A stretch of DNA of 64,000 nt from a virus (Duplodnaviria; Heunggongvirae; Uroviricota; Caudoviricetes), in IMG/VR virus record IMGVR_UViG_3300034122_001045; one strand, written 5' to 3'. Both the position numbers and the translations under genes were made by a program. Position 1 is the stretch's first letter. The number at the start of each line of letters is the position of its first letter. Positions 1 through 9,118 of this stretch are shown here, one piece after another. The notes beneath the pieces are model-generated. The model was not told the DNA's origin. It saw only the letters and a program-made list of their open reading frames with translations, and ran no database searches.

Positions 1-60
1 AAGGAATACTGCGCAAAGAACTTCTTCTCAAAGGATAATTTTACTTTAAGAGACTGATAT

Positions 61-68
61 TATAAATA
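61..68 (+). promoter_or_regulatory. T4-type late promoter motif TATAAATA, 27 nt upstream of the ATG at 96
   Basis: Exact TATAAATA at 61-68. The same octamer recurs upstream of the gp23, gp21 and gp18 homologs on the minus strand. Confidence 0.6.
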
Positions 69-95
69 GAAAGAACATACTCCTTAGAGGACAAG

Positions 96-2564
96 ATGGA
101 CGACAATAAAAAGATTGATCCAAAGAAAAAGAAGCAAAAAAGCTTTAAAGAATTTGACCCAACAAAATACATAGAAACAGAGCCAACTATGAACGAAGCT
201 GCAAGAGGTGTGGCTGTCGTTAGTTTTGGTCGTTTTAATCCAATTACAACCGGTCATGAAAAGTTAGTCAACACCGTCATGTCTGAAGCGATTAAGCGTA
301 AGGGCGAACCTGCGATCTATATGTCTCATACACAAGATCCTAAAAAGAACCCGCTATCGTACAATCAGAAGATATCTCTCGGTCAATCTGCATTTGGCAA
401 GATCGTTAAAAAGTCTACATCAAAAACACTCATAGAAGTAGCCAAAGAGCTCTCAGGAAAATATTCGGAACTCGTAATCGTTGTCGGTTCGGATCGAGTC
501 AATGAATTTGAGACTCTTATGAATAAGTATAACGGAAAAGAATACAATTTTGAGAATATATCAGTAGTATCTGCCGGAGAAAGAGATCCGGATTCTGACG
601 ATGTTTCTGGTATGTCAGCATCAAAGATGAGATCTCTTGCAGCTAAGAAGGACCTTGAAGCTTTTAAGAACGGTCTTCCAAAAAAGTTAAAATCGTCAGC
701 TAAGAAAGTGTATGACATGGTTAGAAACGGAATGAACATGACAGAAAGCACTGAAGAAGTAGTTTTAGAAGCAGCACCTCTTACTCTTGCTCAAAGACGT
801 AAACGTGGTCTTATAATGAAACGTTATAAGACAAAGATAAAGGCTGCTCGTGAGAGAGCTAAGAGAAAGATGGCGCCAAAAGAAAACCTTCTTAAGAGAG
901 CAAGAAAGCGAGCTTTAGAAGTTATTCGTGATCGCCTTATGAAGAACAAGAAGTATTCGGAAATGTCTCCTGCCGAAAAGATCAATCTAGACGCAAGACT
1001 TGCAAAAGTACCTAAGGCAGTCATTGGTCGTATTGCAGCAAAGCTTCTTCCTAAAGTTCGTGCCGCAGAAAAAGAAAGACTAAAGAATGTCCTTGCGCCT
1101 AAACAAGAATCTTTAGATACTGCGTTCGAAACTTTCTTAGAATCAAGAACCGTTAAACCGCAGGACAAAGACGTGGCACATATGCCGGGTTCGCAGCCTA
1201 AGGGATACTATGCTGGCGTTAAATCAAGTGTAAAGGATGATCGTGCTAGACACTTCGCAAAGTATTCTAAAAAGAGCGACGATGAGCAATCATCATATAA
1301 GCCAGCGCCTGGTGATAAAGGTGCTAAGACGAAGCCATCGGTTCACACAACAAAATTTAAACAGATGTTTGGCGAGTCTCTTAACGAAGCTTCACAGGCA
1401 GATACTAAGTTTCGTAAGAGACCGCATATGGCACTAGAAAAGAATGGTTCTGTTAAGTTTGATAAAAGATTTAAGATCTTTAAGAAACAGATTAACGAGA
1501 GCCACGAAGATTTTTCGTTTGAAATACTCGGTCTCATGGAAGATGTTGATAACTTTGTCATGTCTGAAGAGTACGATGTTCTTATGGAAAATAATCCAGA
1601 AGAAGCTCTCAAGAATAAAGCCGAAAAGAGCGGAATATCATACGGAATACTTAAGAAGGTGTTCGATCGTGGTGTAGCTGCTTGGAGAACTGGACACCGT
1701 CCAGGTACGACTCCAACTCAGTGGGGTCTCGCAAGAGTTAACTCGTTTGCCACAAAAGGCAAGGGTACTTGGGGTAAGGCAGACTCAGATCTTGCTGCTA
1801 AAGTAAGAAGCGAAGCAGTATCGCCAACAGCAGTTCATCCTTTTGTCCACATAAAGGACCCTGATAAAGCAGTTAAGATACCAAAGGCTCTAAAGCACAA
1901 GCTAGGTGTTGGTCTAACTCCAAAGCATATGATGATGCATGGAAGTAAAGCAATCGACTTAGATGTTGATGGCGACGTGGATAAGTTTGATAAGACTACA
2001 CCAGACGAAATCACTGGTACAGAGAAGAAGAACCTTACTCGTCAAATGCAAAAGAAGTATTCTGGAGAAGTCAAAACAGGTAAGATCGGAAACGCTTTTG
2101 AATCTGTTGACGAAGGCGTAGAACAAGCAAAGATGAAGATGAAGATCTCTCAAGAAAAGATGGCTGATGCAAGAAGGCACGATCGTATGCTTGATGCTGC
2201 AAAGCAAAGAGATAAATCTTCAAGCAAGAATCTATCTCGAGATATTCAAGAAGGTGATCCGAACCCTCATAATCGTGAGGATGGGACCGATAAGCTAGTC
2301 AAGACTTATAAGAAAGATACGCCCGGAGAGAAATCCCTTAAAGAGTTTATGCTCGCAGGATCGTTTGGCACATTCAAGAGAGGCGATAGAGTTCGTTTTA
2401 CGAAACACTCGATGGATATGTTCGACGGTCAACTACGTAAGGGTACTGTAGTAGGCGGAGACATTTCTTGGCTAAGAGTAAGAGACGACGACGGTACACT
2501 ATATAAAGTTCGCCATTACAACGCAGCTGCCGTCAATAACGACGATCCAGCCAATAAGTTTTAA
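96..2564 (+). CDS. Large lysine-rich protein (822 aa). N-terminal HIGH-motif nucleotidyltransferase domain (NMNAT/NadD/CoaD-like), followed by a ~600-aa basic low-complexity tail. Probable late, virion-packaged internal protein.
   Basis: GRFNPITTGHEKL (HxGH motif) at aa 45-58. SASKMRS (ISSTxIR-like motif) at about aa 174. Degenerate CTS-like KSFKEF at aa 15-20. Late promoter at 61-68. Paralog family with the downstream genes. Confidence 0.6.
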   Translation: MDDNKKIDPKKKKQKSFKEFDPTKYIETEPTMNEAARGVAVVSFGRFNPITTGHEKLVNTVMSEAIKRKGEPAIYMSHTQDPKKNPLSYNQKISLGQSAFGKIVKKSTSKTLIEVAKELSGKYSELVIVVGSDRVNEFETLMNKYNGKEYNFENISVVSAGERDPDSDDVSGMSASKMRSLAAKKDLEAFKNGLPKKLKSSAKKVYDMVRNGMNMTESTEEVVLEAAPLTLAQRRKRGLIMKRYKTKIKAARERAKRKMAPKENLLKRARKRALEVIRDRLMKNKKYSEMSPAEKINLDARLAKVPKAVIGRIAAKLLPKVRAAEKERLKNVLAPKQESLDTAFETFLESRTVKPQDKDVAHMPGSQPKGYYAGVKSSVKDDRARHFAKYSKKSDDEQSSYKPAPGDKGAKTKPSVHTTKFKQMFGESLNEASQADTKFRKRPHMALEKNGSVKFDKRFKIFKKQINESHEDFSFEILGLMEDVDNFVMSEEYDVLMENNPEEALKNKAEKSGISYGILKKVFDRGVAAWRTGHRPGTTPTQWGLARVNSFATKGKGTWGKADSDLAAKVRSEAVSPTAVHPFVHIKDPDKAVKIPKALKHKLGVGLTPKHMMMHGSKAIDLDVDGDVDKFDKTTPDEITGTEKKNLTRQMQKKYSGEVKTGKIGNAFESVDEGVEQAKMKMKISQEKMADARRHDRMLDAAKQRDKSSSKNLSRDIQEGDPNPHNREDGTDKLVKTYKKDTPGEKSLKEFMLAGSFGTFKRGDRVRFTKHSMDMFDGQLRKGTVVGGDISWLRVRDDDGTLYKVRHYNAAAVNNDDPANKF

Positions 2565-2573
2565 GAGGATAAA

Positions 2574-3371
2574 ATGAAATCTTTTAAGAAGTTTGTAAAA
2601 GAAGCATGCTGGACTGGATACAAGCAGGTTGGCATCAAAGAAAAGAATGGACGTAAAGTTCCTAATTGTGTTCCAGAAGAAGCTGATGTTGACGAAGCAT
2701 ATGTTCATACTGATTTTACTGATAAAACAACCCCAATGGGGAATAGAAAGGCATATGCAGCTGCAAAAGCAAATGATGAAAAGAAACCAGTTTCTTTAAA
2801 AAAGGCTCCTTGGGATAAGAAGAACGAAGAAGTTCAACTAGATGAAGTATCCGATAAGAAGCTAGATGTGTATCGTCAGAAGGCATTTGCGGATCAACCA
2901 TCTGGTGACGATGGTTCTGACAAGTATCGTAAGCGCAAGTTTGGTCGTGACCTAGCATTCGCTAAACAAACTGGTAGAGCTAAAGTTCTTGCTACAAAGG
3001 AATCTGTCGAAGAGCTTGATGAGCTTTCACCGAACACGCTTTCTTCTTATGCAAGTAAAGCTAACATAGACGCGTCAAAAGCTAGAAGTCATATGAGAGT
3101 TTCCGCTGGTGGAAAAGATTTTGCTACTCATAAGAAAAGATACGATAAGAGAACCGCCGGTGCTGTGAGGGCAGGAGAAAAGTATCGCAAGTTAGTAGCC
3201 AGAGAAGAAATCAAACTTGATGAAGCTTCAGATCTTCGCATCACCAAGGTCTACAATAAGTTTCCTAAGAAAGCGACCTATGCAGTTCACTCACCAGATC
3301 GCAAGTACTACAAAGAGTTTGACTCAATGGAAAAAGCAAAAGCTCATCACGCAGAAAAGACAGGTAAGTAA
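2574..3371 (+). CDS. Lysine-rich putative internal (capsid-targeted) protein
   Basis: N-terminus MKSFKKFVKE matches the T4 IP capsid-targeting sequence pattern (MKTYQEFIAE) with VxE at positions 8-10. Contains one copy of the EELDELS..TLSSYASKA repeat found in the 4326 gene. Confidence 0.6.
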   Translation: MKSFKKFVKEACWTGYKQVGIKEKNGRKVPNCVPEEADVDEAYVHTDFTDKTTPMGNRKAYAAAKANDEKKPVSLKKAPWDKKNEEVQLDEVSDKKLDVYRQKAFADQPSGDDGSDKYRKRKFGRDLAFAKQTGRAKVLATKESVEELDELSPNTLSSYASKANIDASKARSHMRVSAGGKDFATHKKRYDKRTAGAVRAGEKYRKLVAREEIKLDEASDLRITKVYNKFPKKATYAVHSPDRKYYKEFDSMEKAKAHHAEKTGK

Positions 3372-3372
3372 A

Positions 3373-3651
3373 ATGAAATCTTTTAAGGAATTCGTAGAAC
3401 ATCCAAACTGCGGAACGCCAGACTGCTGCGGACAATGCAGCACCGTCTCGGAAGCCGAGTCTTGGGAAGCAGGATACAAGCGTCGTGTCGTAAAGACTAC
3501 GAGTGCTGAGCATAAAGAAAAGGGAATGAACTGGCGCATCAAGGGTAAAGAGCGCCCAGAGATCTCAATCAAGCTCTATAAAGAAAAGCCATCACAGGCA
3601 GAGTTCAATAAGCAGATGCGTCGAGTCGCCGGCCACGAGTTTGGTGGATAA
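3373..3651 (+). CDS. Small putative internal protein with CTS-like N-terminus (MKSFKEFVEH)
   Basis: Internal start at 3373, with RBS AGGTAAGTAAA and ATG 1 nt after the upstream stop. Cys-rich (CGTPDCCGQC). The longer ORF 3217-3651 overlaps the upstream gene and was rejected. Confidence 0.5.
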   Translation: MKSFKEFVEHPNCGTPDCCGQCSTVSEAESWEAGYKRRVVKTTSAEHKEKGMNWRIKGKERPEISIKLYKEKPSQAEFNKQMRRVAGHEFGG

Positions 3652-3944
3652 TGATTCGTTTTAGTCAATACATCTCAGAAGCATATTTTGTTCAATATGT
3701 CCGTGATAAAGATATTGACGTATTAAAGTTGCGTGATACCAATCAAAGAGGCTGGGTTGAGGTTCGCGGTAAAAAGAACTATGAAGTTACATATGATAAG
3801 AACGATCCTATGCACAAAGCTATCGACGGTTTAGGCAAGGCAGCAAGTATATCAGATCTGATGAATGGTGATGTAGTAAGTATCAATCCTCATCATCCTC
3901 ATGGTAAAAAAGCAATCGAAAACATCCAAAGGTTAATGAAATGA
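3651..3944 (+). CDS. Small putative internal protein with CTS-like N-terminus (MIRFSQYISE)
   Basis: TAATG overlap with the upstream gene. IxE at positions 8-10. Confidence 0.45.
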   Translation: MIRFSQYISEAYFVQYVRDKDIDVLKLRDTNQRGWVEVRGKKNYEVTYDKNDPMHKAIDGLGKAASISDLMNGDVVSINPHHPHGKKAIENIQRLMK

Positions 3945-4249
3945 AGACGTTTAAGCAGTTTCTCGAAGAAAAGGATCCTCGTATCGAGAGAGCAGGAGTT
4001 GCCGGTTTCAATAAGCCAAAGGCGACTCCTAGTCATCCAGAAAAGAGTCACATAGTCGTTGCAAAGTCCGGCGATCAAGTAAAGACGATCCGCTTTGGAC
4101 AGCAAGGAGCCGAGACTGCGGGTGATCCTAAGGAAGGCGAATCCGAAAGAATGAAGATGAAGAGAAAGTCTTTCAAAGCTCGTCACGGTAAGAATATCGC
4201 TAAGGGAAAAATGTCGGCTGCTTATTGGGCCGATAAAGTTAAGTGGTAA
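3941..4249 (+). CDS. Small basic putative internal protein, CTS-like N-terminus (MKTFKQFLEE)
   Basis: ATGA overlap with the upstream gene. LxE at positions 8-10. Lysine-rich. Confidence 0.55.
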   Translation: MKTFKQFLEEKDPRIERAGVAGFNKPKATPSHPEKSHIVVAKSGDQVKTIRFGQQGAETAGDPKEGESERMKMKRKSFKARHGKNIAKGKMSAAYWADKVKW

Positions 4250-4252
4250 CTA

Positions 4253-4260
4253 CTTTTATA
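4253..4260 (+). promoter_or_regulatory. T4-type late promoter motif TATAAATA upstream of the 711-aa repeat protein gene
   Basis: Exact octamer, about 66 nt upstream of the ATG at 4326. Confidence 0.5.
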
Positions 4261-4325
4261 AATAAAGTAAGTAGATCTAGTATCAGCAATTCATGTTAGG
4301 CAATCAATTTCTAAGGACAGAATAA

Positions 4326-6461
4326 ATGAAGAGATTCAAATCTTATATTAACGAATCAGTTGAGCTCGATGAGTCAATCACGAAAATGTCTGATGCTCGT
4401 CTCAAGTTTCACGTTTTGAAAAATGTACCACATGGTAGCTATACCAAAAAAGAGCTATCGGCAGAACACGATCGTCGTAGAAAGACCCAAGGGCCTGCAT
4501 ATATGGCCGTAAAACCTTCACTCAACGAAGAAAATATTGATGAAGCAGTAAATGCTAAAAAGATTGCTGCAGATCATGACGCTGGTCATTCGATTGACGT
4601 TATTGTCCAAAAGCATCTCAATAAAAAGGGTGATAACAAGGATGAGATTCTAAAAGCTATTCAAGCTCACCGCTGGAATAAGCGTATGAAGAAAGAAGAA
4701 GCTGAACTTGACGAAGTTTCACAGGAGACGCTCCGTAATTATCACGCGAAGGCTGCTCTCGATTTAAGAAAGAAAAGAGAAAAACTTGATAAGGGTACTC
4801 TGACCTCTAAAGATTATAAGCAGGGACAAAACCGCGTAACTGGTTTGAATAGAGCTGCCAATAAAATGGAAGAAGTTGAACTTGATGAAGCTCGTAAGAG
4901 CGACTCATATCAATTTACTCACAAACCAGGCGATGCTGAATCTGAAAAAAGATTAGCCGACCTTAAAAAGTCAGTAAAAGGTACTGGTAAGCGTGTTGTA
5001 CTACAAGGTCGTTTGGGTAAAGACAATCCTAACGCACATAAGTATTCTAAGGATGCACCTAGTGCGAAATACAAAGACGGCAAGCGCGTAAATAGTGACG
5101 TTTCAGGAAAATCAGGTGGCCATTCTCATCAGCGCATTCAAAAAGCAGATGCAGCCCATCACGACGTATATGTCTACGACCGTAATGAGTCTGTTGAACT
5201 TGATGAAATTTCAAAAGCCACTTTACGTAAAGTGGGAGGCCAAATGCTACGTAAAGGCCTTTCAGACGACCCAAAAGCAGATAAGCACATGAAGTATGCA
5301 AATCTAGCGTCTGCAAAACTTTATCCTAACCAATATAAAAATTCTCCTCTAAAAGCGAAAGTTAACGCTACAGAAGAAGTCGAGTCCCTCGACGAACTTT
5401 CAAAGAAGACTCTTGGTTCATACGTGAAAAAAGCTGCTGGTGATGCTGTTACTAAAGCTTATAGAGCAGGTGACGTTCGAGATAAAGATAGTGGTAAGAA
5501 TTACATGAAAGCCCTAGGAAGACAGATTGGTATTTCTACAGCAACTAGTAAACTTGCGAAAGAAGAAGTTGAACTTGATGAAGTTTCGACCGCAACTTTG
5601 CAAAGATATAAATCTGCGGCAAGTAAAGCCATGGATCGTGCATCAGACTCAGCAATTGATAAAATGCTAGGCAGTAAGGATTCTCAGTCTGTAGACATTT
5701 CAAAAGAAAAAAAGACTATGGACAAGCGTAGCAAGGGAGTATCCCTCGCTTCAAATAAACTAGCTAAAGAAGAATTCGAACAGATCGACGAACTTTCAAA
5801 GAAGACCCTTGGTTCATATGTTAAGAAAGCCTCACGCAATCTAGCTGGAAGAGAATATAAGCGTGGAGCCGAAAAAGATACAAGCACGTCAAATCTCCAA
5901 AAATCCTATAAAAGAGATATGGGCATCGCTAAAGCAGTTGATAAACTAACTAAAGAAGAAGTTGAAAATCTTGATGAACTCAAGAAATCAACCCTCGGTT
6001 CATATGTGAAGAAGGCTGCTGGTAGTATGGCTGGTAAAACTGCTGTTGCTGCTGCACAAGCCTCATCCTCAATGGGAAAATCTTCGCCAGATATAAAGCG
6101 TGGTATAGTTAACCGTATGAAGGGTATTACTAGAGCTACTGATAAACTCGCAAAAGAAGAAGCAGATCTCGAAGAAAAACTGGTTGGCGGTCAAAAGAAG
6201 TTGGATCACAACAAGAACGGTAAAATCGACTCGCATGATTTTCATCTTATGAGAAAAAAGAAGATGAAGGAAGAAGTTGAAGGTCTTGACGAGATCTCTC
6301 GCGACCTAGCTCGTCGTTACATCCGTAAAATTGCTGATAAGACGAACACCGGAGAACTATCCGTCAAGCAAGTTGAGAAGCGTAGACCTGGTCTAAATCT
6401 TGCTGGTAAGAAAGCATACCCTTCGATCGCTGGTGAACCAAAGGTTCGTGCTACAGATTAA
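4326..6461 (+). CDS. 711-aa lysine-rich repeat protein, putative internal (capsid-targeted) protein
   Basis: N-terminus MKRFKSYINE (IxE at positions 8-10). At least 8 degenerate tandem repeats of the form EEVE(L/N/S)LDE(L/V/I)SKxTLGSYVKKAAG, spaced about 50-70 aa apart. Confidence 0.65.
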   Translation: MKRFKSYINESVELDESITKMSDARLKFHVLKNVPHGSYTKKELSAEHDRRRKTQGPAYMAVKPSLNEENIDEAVNAKKIAADHDAGHSIDVIVQKHLNKKGDNKDEILKAIQAHRWNKRMKKEEAELDEVSQETLRNYHAKAALDLRKKREKLDKGTLTSKDYKQGQNRVTGLNRAANKMEEVELDEARKSDSYQFTHKPGDAESEKRLADLKKSVKGTGKRVVLQGRLGKDNPNAHKYSKDAPSAKYKDGKRVNSDVSGKSGGHSHQRIQKADAAHHDVYVYDRNESVELDEISKATLRKVGGQMLRKGLSDDPKADKHMKYANLASAKLYPNQYKNSPLKAKVNATEEVESLDELSKKTLGSYVKKAAGDAVTKAYRAGDVRDKDSGKNYMKALGRQIGISTATSKLAKEEVELDEVSTATLQRYKSAASKAMDRASDSAIDKMLGSKDSQSVDISKEKKTMDKRSKGVSLASNKLAKEEFEQIDELSKKTLGSYVKKASRNLAGREYKRGAEKDTSTSNLQKSYKRDMGIAKAVDKLTKEEVENLDELKKSTLGSYVKKAAGSMAGKTAVAAAQASSSMGKSSPDIKRGIVNRMKGITRATDKLAKEEADLEEKLVGGQKKLDHNKNGKIDSHDFHLMRKKKMKEEVEGLDEISRDLARRYIRKIADKTNTGELSVKQVEKRRPGLNLAGKKAYPSIAGEPKVRATD

Positions 6462-6626
6462 GTTGAATAGTCAGGTGTTTCGTAGAGTAATAGAAGTACT
6501 GAACGGAAAATGGATCGAAGATGTCATAAATAACTTCGATCCATACGGAATAAAAGAACAGACTGATATTGAGTTAAATAAAAAACATCATGAAAAAACA
6601 AAACTCAATAATAAGGAGAAAATAAA

Positions 6627-7250
6627 ATGAGTTTATGGGGAAAAACAGATACGCTAGCTTCGGTGCCTAAGTGGCTCAATGCTAACGATCCAAACAAGTC
6701 CAACGACCTAGACAACGCATTCTTCGTTGACCTAACAGAAGCAGCAGTTGCTTCAAACATAGCAAAAGGCCTAGGTACTCCTGGCTGGAACCTTTATCAT
6801 ACATACGTCGATGGAACTGGAAATACACGTCACAAAGCTGAACCGCTTATCGTGATGAAGGTAACAGCTGCAGCCGCAGGCGACCTAGGTATTAGCGGTA
6901 ACACTAATATTGAAGATACTACTGTACCTGACACTATCATTGCGATTACAGTACAACCAGCTAGCGTTTCACGAGTTGCACCTAACACTGCAACATTTAC
7001 TGTTACCGCAACAGCGACACCTACCGCAACACTTACTTACCAGTGGCAGATTCAGCAATCTAACGAATCTGGAACTACATGGACTAACGTAGGTACGAAC
7101 GCCGCTAGCTATACCACAGGTGTAACTGCAGTGGCACCAGGATCTGGCGCAACTAACGGCGATAAGTATCGTGTACTTGTTTCAGCACCAAATAATACAC
7201 CTACTGTTGTAACATCTTCTACCGCAGTACTAACGGTAACTGCATCATAA
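6627..7250 (+). CDS. Ig-like domain protein, probable virion decoration or surface protein
   Basis: C-terminal half is T/S/A-rich beta-strand-like (TYQWQIQQSNESGTTWTNVGTNAASYTT, typical of I-set/Big domains). Strong RBS AAGGAGAAAATAAAATG. Confidence 0.45.
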   Translation: MSLWGKTDTLASVPKWLNANDPNKSNDLDNAFFVDLTEAAVASNIAKGLGTPGWNLYHTYVDGTGNTRHKAEPLIVMKVTAAAAGDLGISGNTNIEDTTVPDTIIAITVQPASVSRVAPNTATFTVTATATPTATLTYQWQIQQSNESGTTWTNVGTNAASYTTGVTAVAPGSGATNGDKYRVLVSAPNNTPTVVTSSTAVLTVTAS

Positions 7251-7256
7251 TTTGAA

Positions 7257-7631
7257 ATGAAACTAGGAGAATCAACCTTTCTTCTCTACGCTGCAAAACA
7301 CTATGATAATCCGCATTGTTCAGACATAGCAGAGTTTGAGGAAGACCTAAAAAGATTTCAGTACTTACGAAAGCTTTTTAGTAGATATAAGCAGACAGGA
7401 GATCTTAAGGAAAGGTTGATTCTCAATCATCTTATCATTCTGTATAATTGTTTTGGTGTAGATGCTACGAACATGCTCTTTATGAAGCTAGAAGAGTATC
7501 ATAAATACTTAAAACCGTTTGTTGAATACTTAAACTTCATGCCCGCTTTCATAGAGTATGAAAATAAAAAGATACACAACAACCATATCGAATCCGATAG
7601 AACAATTGAAGAAACTCTTAAAGGCATCTAA
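7257..7631 (+). CDS. hypothetical protein
   Basis: 124-aa ORF, in series with its neighbours. Confidence 0.4.
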   Translation: MKLGESTFLLYAAKHYDNPHCSDIAEFEEDLKRFQYLRKLFSRYKQTGDLKERLILNHLIILYNCFGVDATNMLFMKLEEYHKYLKPFVEYLNFMPAFIEYENKKIHNNHIESDRTIEETLKGI

Positions 7632-7633
7632 CA

Positions 7634-8188
7634 ATGGTCGTAGATCTTTTCCTTGTATATAGCTTTATTCGTAGACTTACAACTCCATTTGAAAAATGGG
7701 AAGCGTATGCACAAGGCGTAATCGATAAAGATGGAAATATTCTAAAGAAGAAAAAAGAAAGAAACACTAGAGGTGAAAAAGATTCCTTTGGTATATTCGA
7801 TCTTATGGTGCTAAAGCTTAAGAAGCTTCTTGCAAAGATCCCAGGTGGTTCCACTCGTCTTGCTTCATACACTGCTGCGTTGTGGCTCATAAAAGAGTGG
7901 AACCATTTTTCCGAGGATTCTTTACTCACTGAGTCTATCACCGATGAGCAACTCGATGAATCTCTAGATTTATTTTTTAGCAGATATTGCTATTATATCG
8001 GTATAGAAGAAGATGTCAAGGAAAAAATGATAGAAGAACCGACAGTAAATGTCGGGTCTGGTAACATAGCTGGTCTCGGTGTTGGACCGCAGGGCGAACC
8101 TGGATTAACACCTTCGCAGATGAAGAAGTATAAAAAGAAGAACCCCGGTCCTAAGAGACTTAGAGATATAATAGGAGCAAACACATGA
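7634..8188 (+). CDS. hypothetical protein
   Basis: 184-aa ORF, ATGA-coupled to the endolysin gene. Confidence 0.4.
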   Translation: MVVDLFLVYSFIRRLTTPFEKWEAYAQGVIDKDGNILKKKKERNTRGEKDSFGIFDLMVLKLKKLLAKIPGGSTRLASYTAALWLIKEWNHFSEDSLLTESITDEQLDESLDLFFSRYCYYIGIEEDVKEKMIEEPTVNVGSGNIAGLGVGPQGEPGLTPSQMKKYKKKNPGPKRLRDIIGANT

Positions 8189-9078
8189 TTACATTAGAAC
8201 AGTTCAGCGCAATGATACCGAAGAATAAAGAAGCTAAAGAATGGTATGATGTAGCTATCGACATGTTTGAAAAGTATGAAATCACAACACCACTTCGCAT
8301 TGCGGCTTTCATGGCACAGTGTGCTCACGAGTCAGCTGACTTTACAATGCTTGAAGAGAACCTTAACTATCGTGAAGAAACTCTTCTCAAGGTATTCCCA
8401 CGCTACTTCGGAGCTGGAAAGCGCAATGCAGCTGAGTATGCAAAGAACCCAGAGAAGATTGCGAACTACGTCTATATGGACGAGTTTAGAAGTAAGCAGG
8501 GTGCTATGGGAAATACTCAAGCAGGAGATGGTTGGAGATTCCGTGGTCGCGGAGTTAAGCAGTTAACTGGACGTAATAACTACACCGCATTCGCAAAGAC
8601 TGTTAACATGACCGCAGAACAGGCATCAGCTTATCTTGACACAAAGAAAGGTGCTCTTGAGTCCGCATGCTGGTTCTGGAAAACGAACAACATCGCTAAG
8701 TTTGCAGATGCAGACGACATTGTTGGAATGACTAAGAAAATCAATGGTGGAACGATTGGTCTTGAAGATCGTACTACTCGTTATACAAAAGCGAAAGCAC
8801 TACTTGGCGGTAAGGTTTCTGCACCTCCTGTTACTGAGCAAGCAAAACCAGCGTCGGCAGCAAAACCAGCGGCCGCTGCTCCTAAGGCTGCCCAGAGAAC
8901 TCTCACGAGAGGGATGAAGGGCGACGATGTTAAAAGAATGCAGCAAGCTCTCGGAATTGCCGCAGACGGTGACTTTGGTTTTGGAACTGCCGGCGCACTC
9001 AAGAAGTGGCAGCGAGAGAATGGATTAGAAGCCGACGGTGTCGCTGGGCCAGCGACTCTAGCAAAGCTACTCAAATAA
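8185..9078 (+). CDS. Endolysin: glycoside hydrolase family 19-like lysozyme domain plus C-terminal peptidoglycan-binding domain
   Basis: RIAAFMAQCAHESADF...LEENLNY is a GH19 catalytic signature. The C-terminus LTRGMKGDDVKRMQQALGIAADGDFGFGTAGALKKWQRENGLEADGVAGPATLAKL is a PG_binding_1 repeat. An Ala/Pro linker separates the domains. Confidence 0.8.
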   Translation: MITLEQFSAMIPKNKEAKEWYDVAIDMFEKYEITTPLRIAAFMAQCAHESADFTMLEENLNYREETLLKVFPRYFGAGKRNAAEYAKNPEKIANYVYMDEFRSKQGAMGNTQAGDGWRFRGRGVKQLTGRNNYTAFAKTVNMTAEQASAYLDTKKGALESACWFWKTNNIAKFADADDIVGMTKKINGGTIGLEDRTTRYTKAKALLGGKVSAPPVTEQAKPASAAKPAAAAPKAAQRTLTRGMKGDDVKRMQQALGIAADGDFGFGTAGALKKWQRENGLEADGVAGPATLAKLLK

Positions 9079-9118
9079 TAAATAGTAGGTTAGAAACCTA
9101 ATAGAAAAGGAGACAAAA

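Noticed and set aside
383-1168. Minus-strand ORFs (122 and 114 aa) inside the 822-aa gene, and ORF 12269-12766 inside thyA
   Set aside because: They are embedded in or antisense to genes with clear family signatures and late-promoter context. The biased composition of the lysine-rich gene (AAG/AAA) leaves other frames open.
3217-3372. Upstream extension of the ORF to 3217 (144-aa version)
   Set aside because: It would overlap the preceding gene by 155 nt in another frame. The internal ATG at 3373 has an RBS, directly follows the upstream stop and yields the CTS-type N-terminus MKSFKEF.
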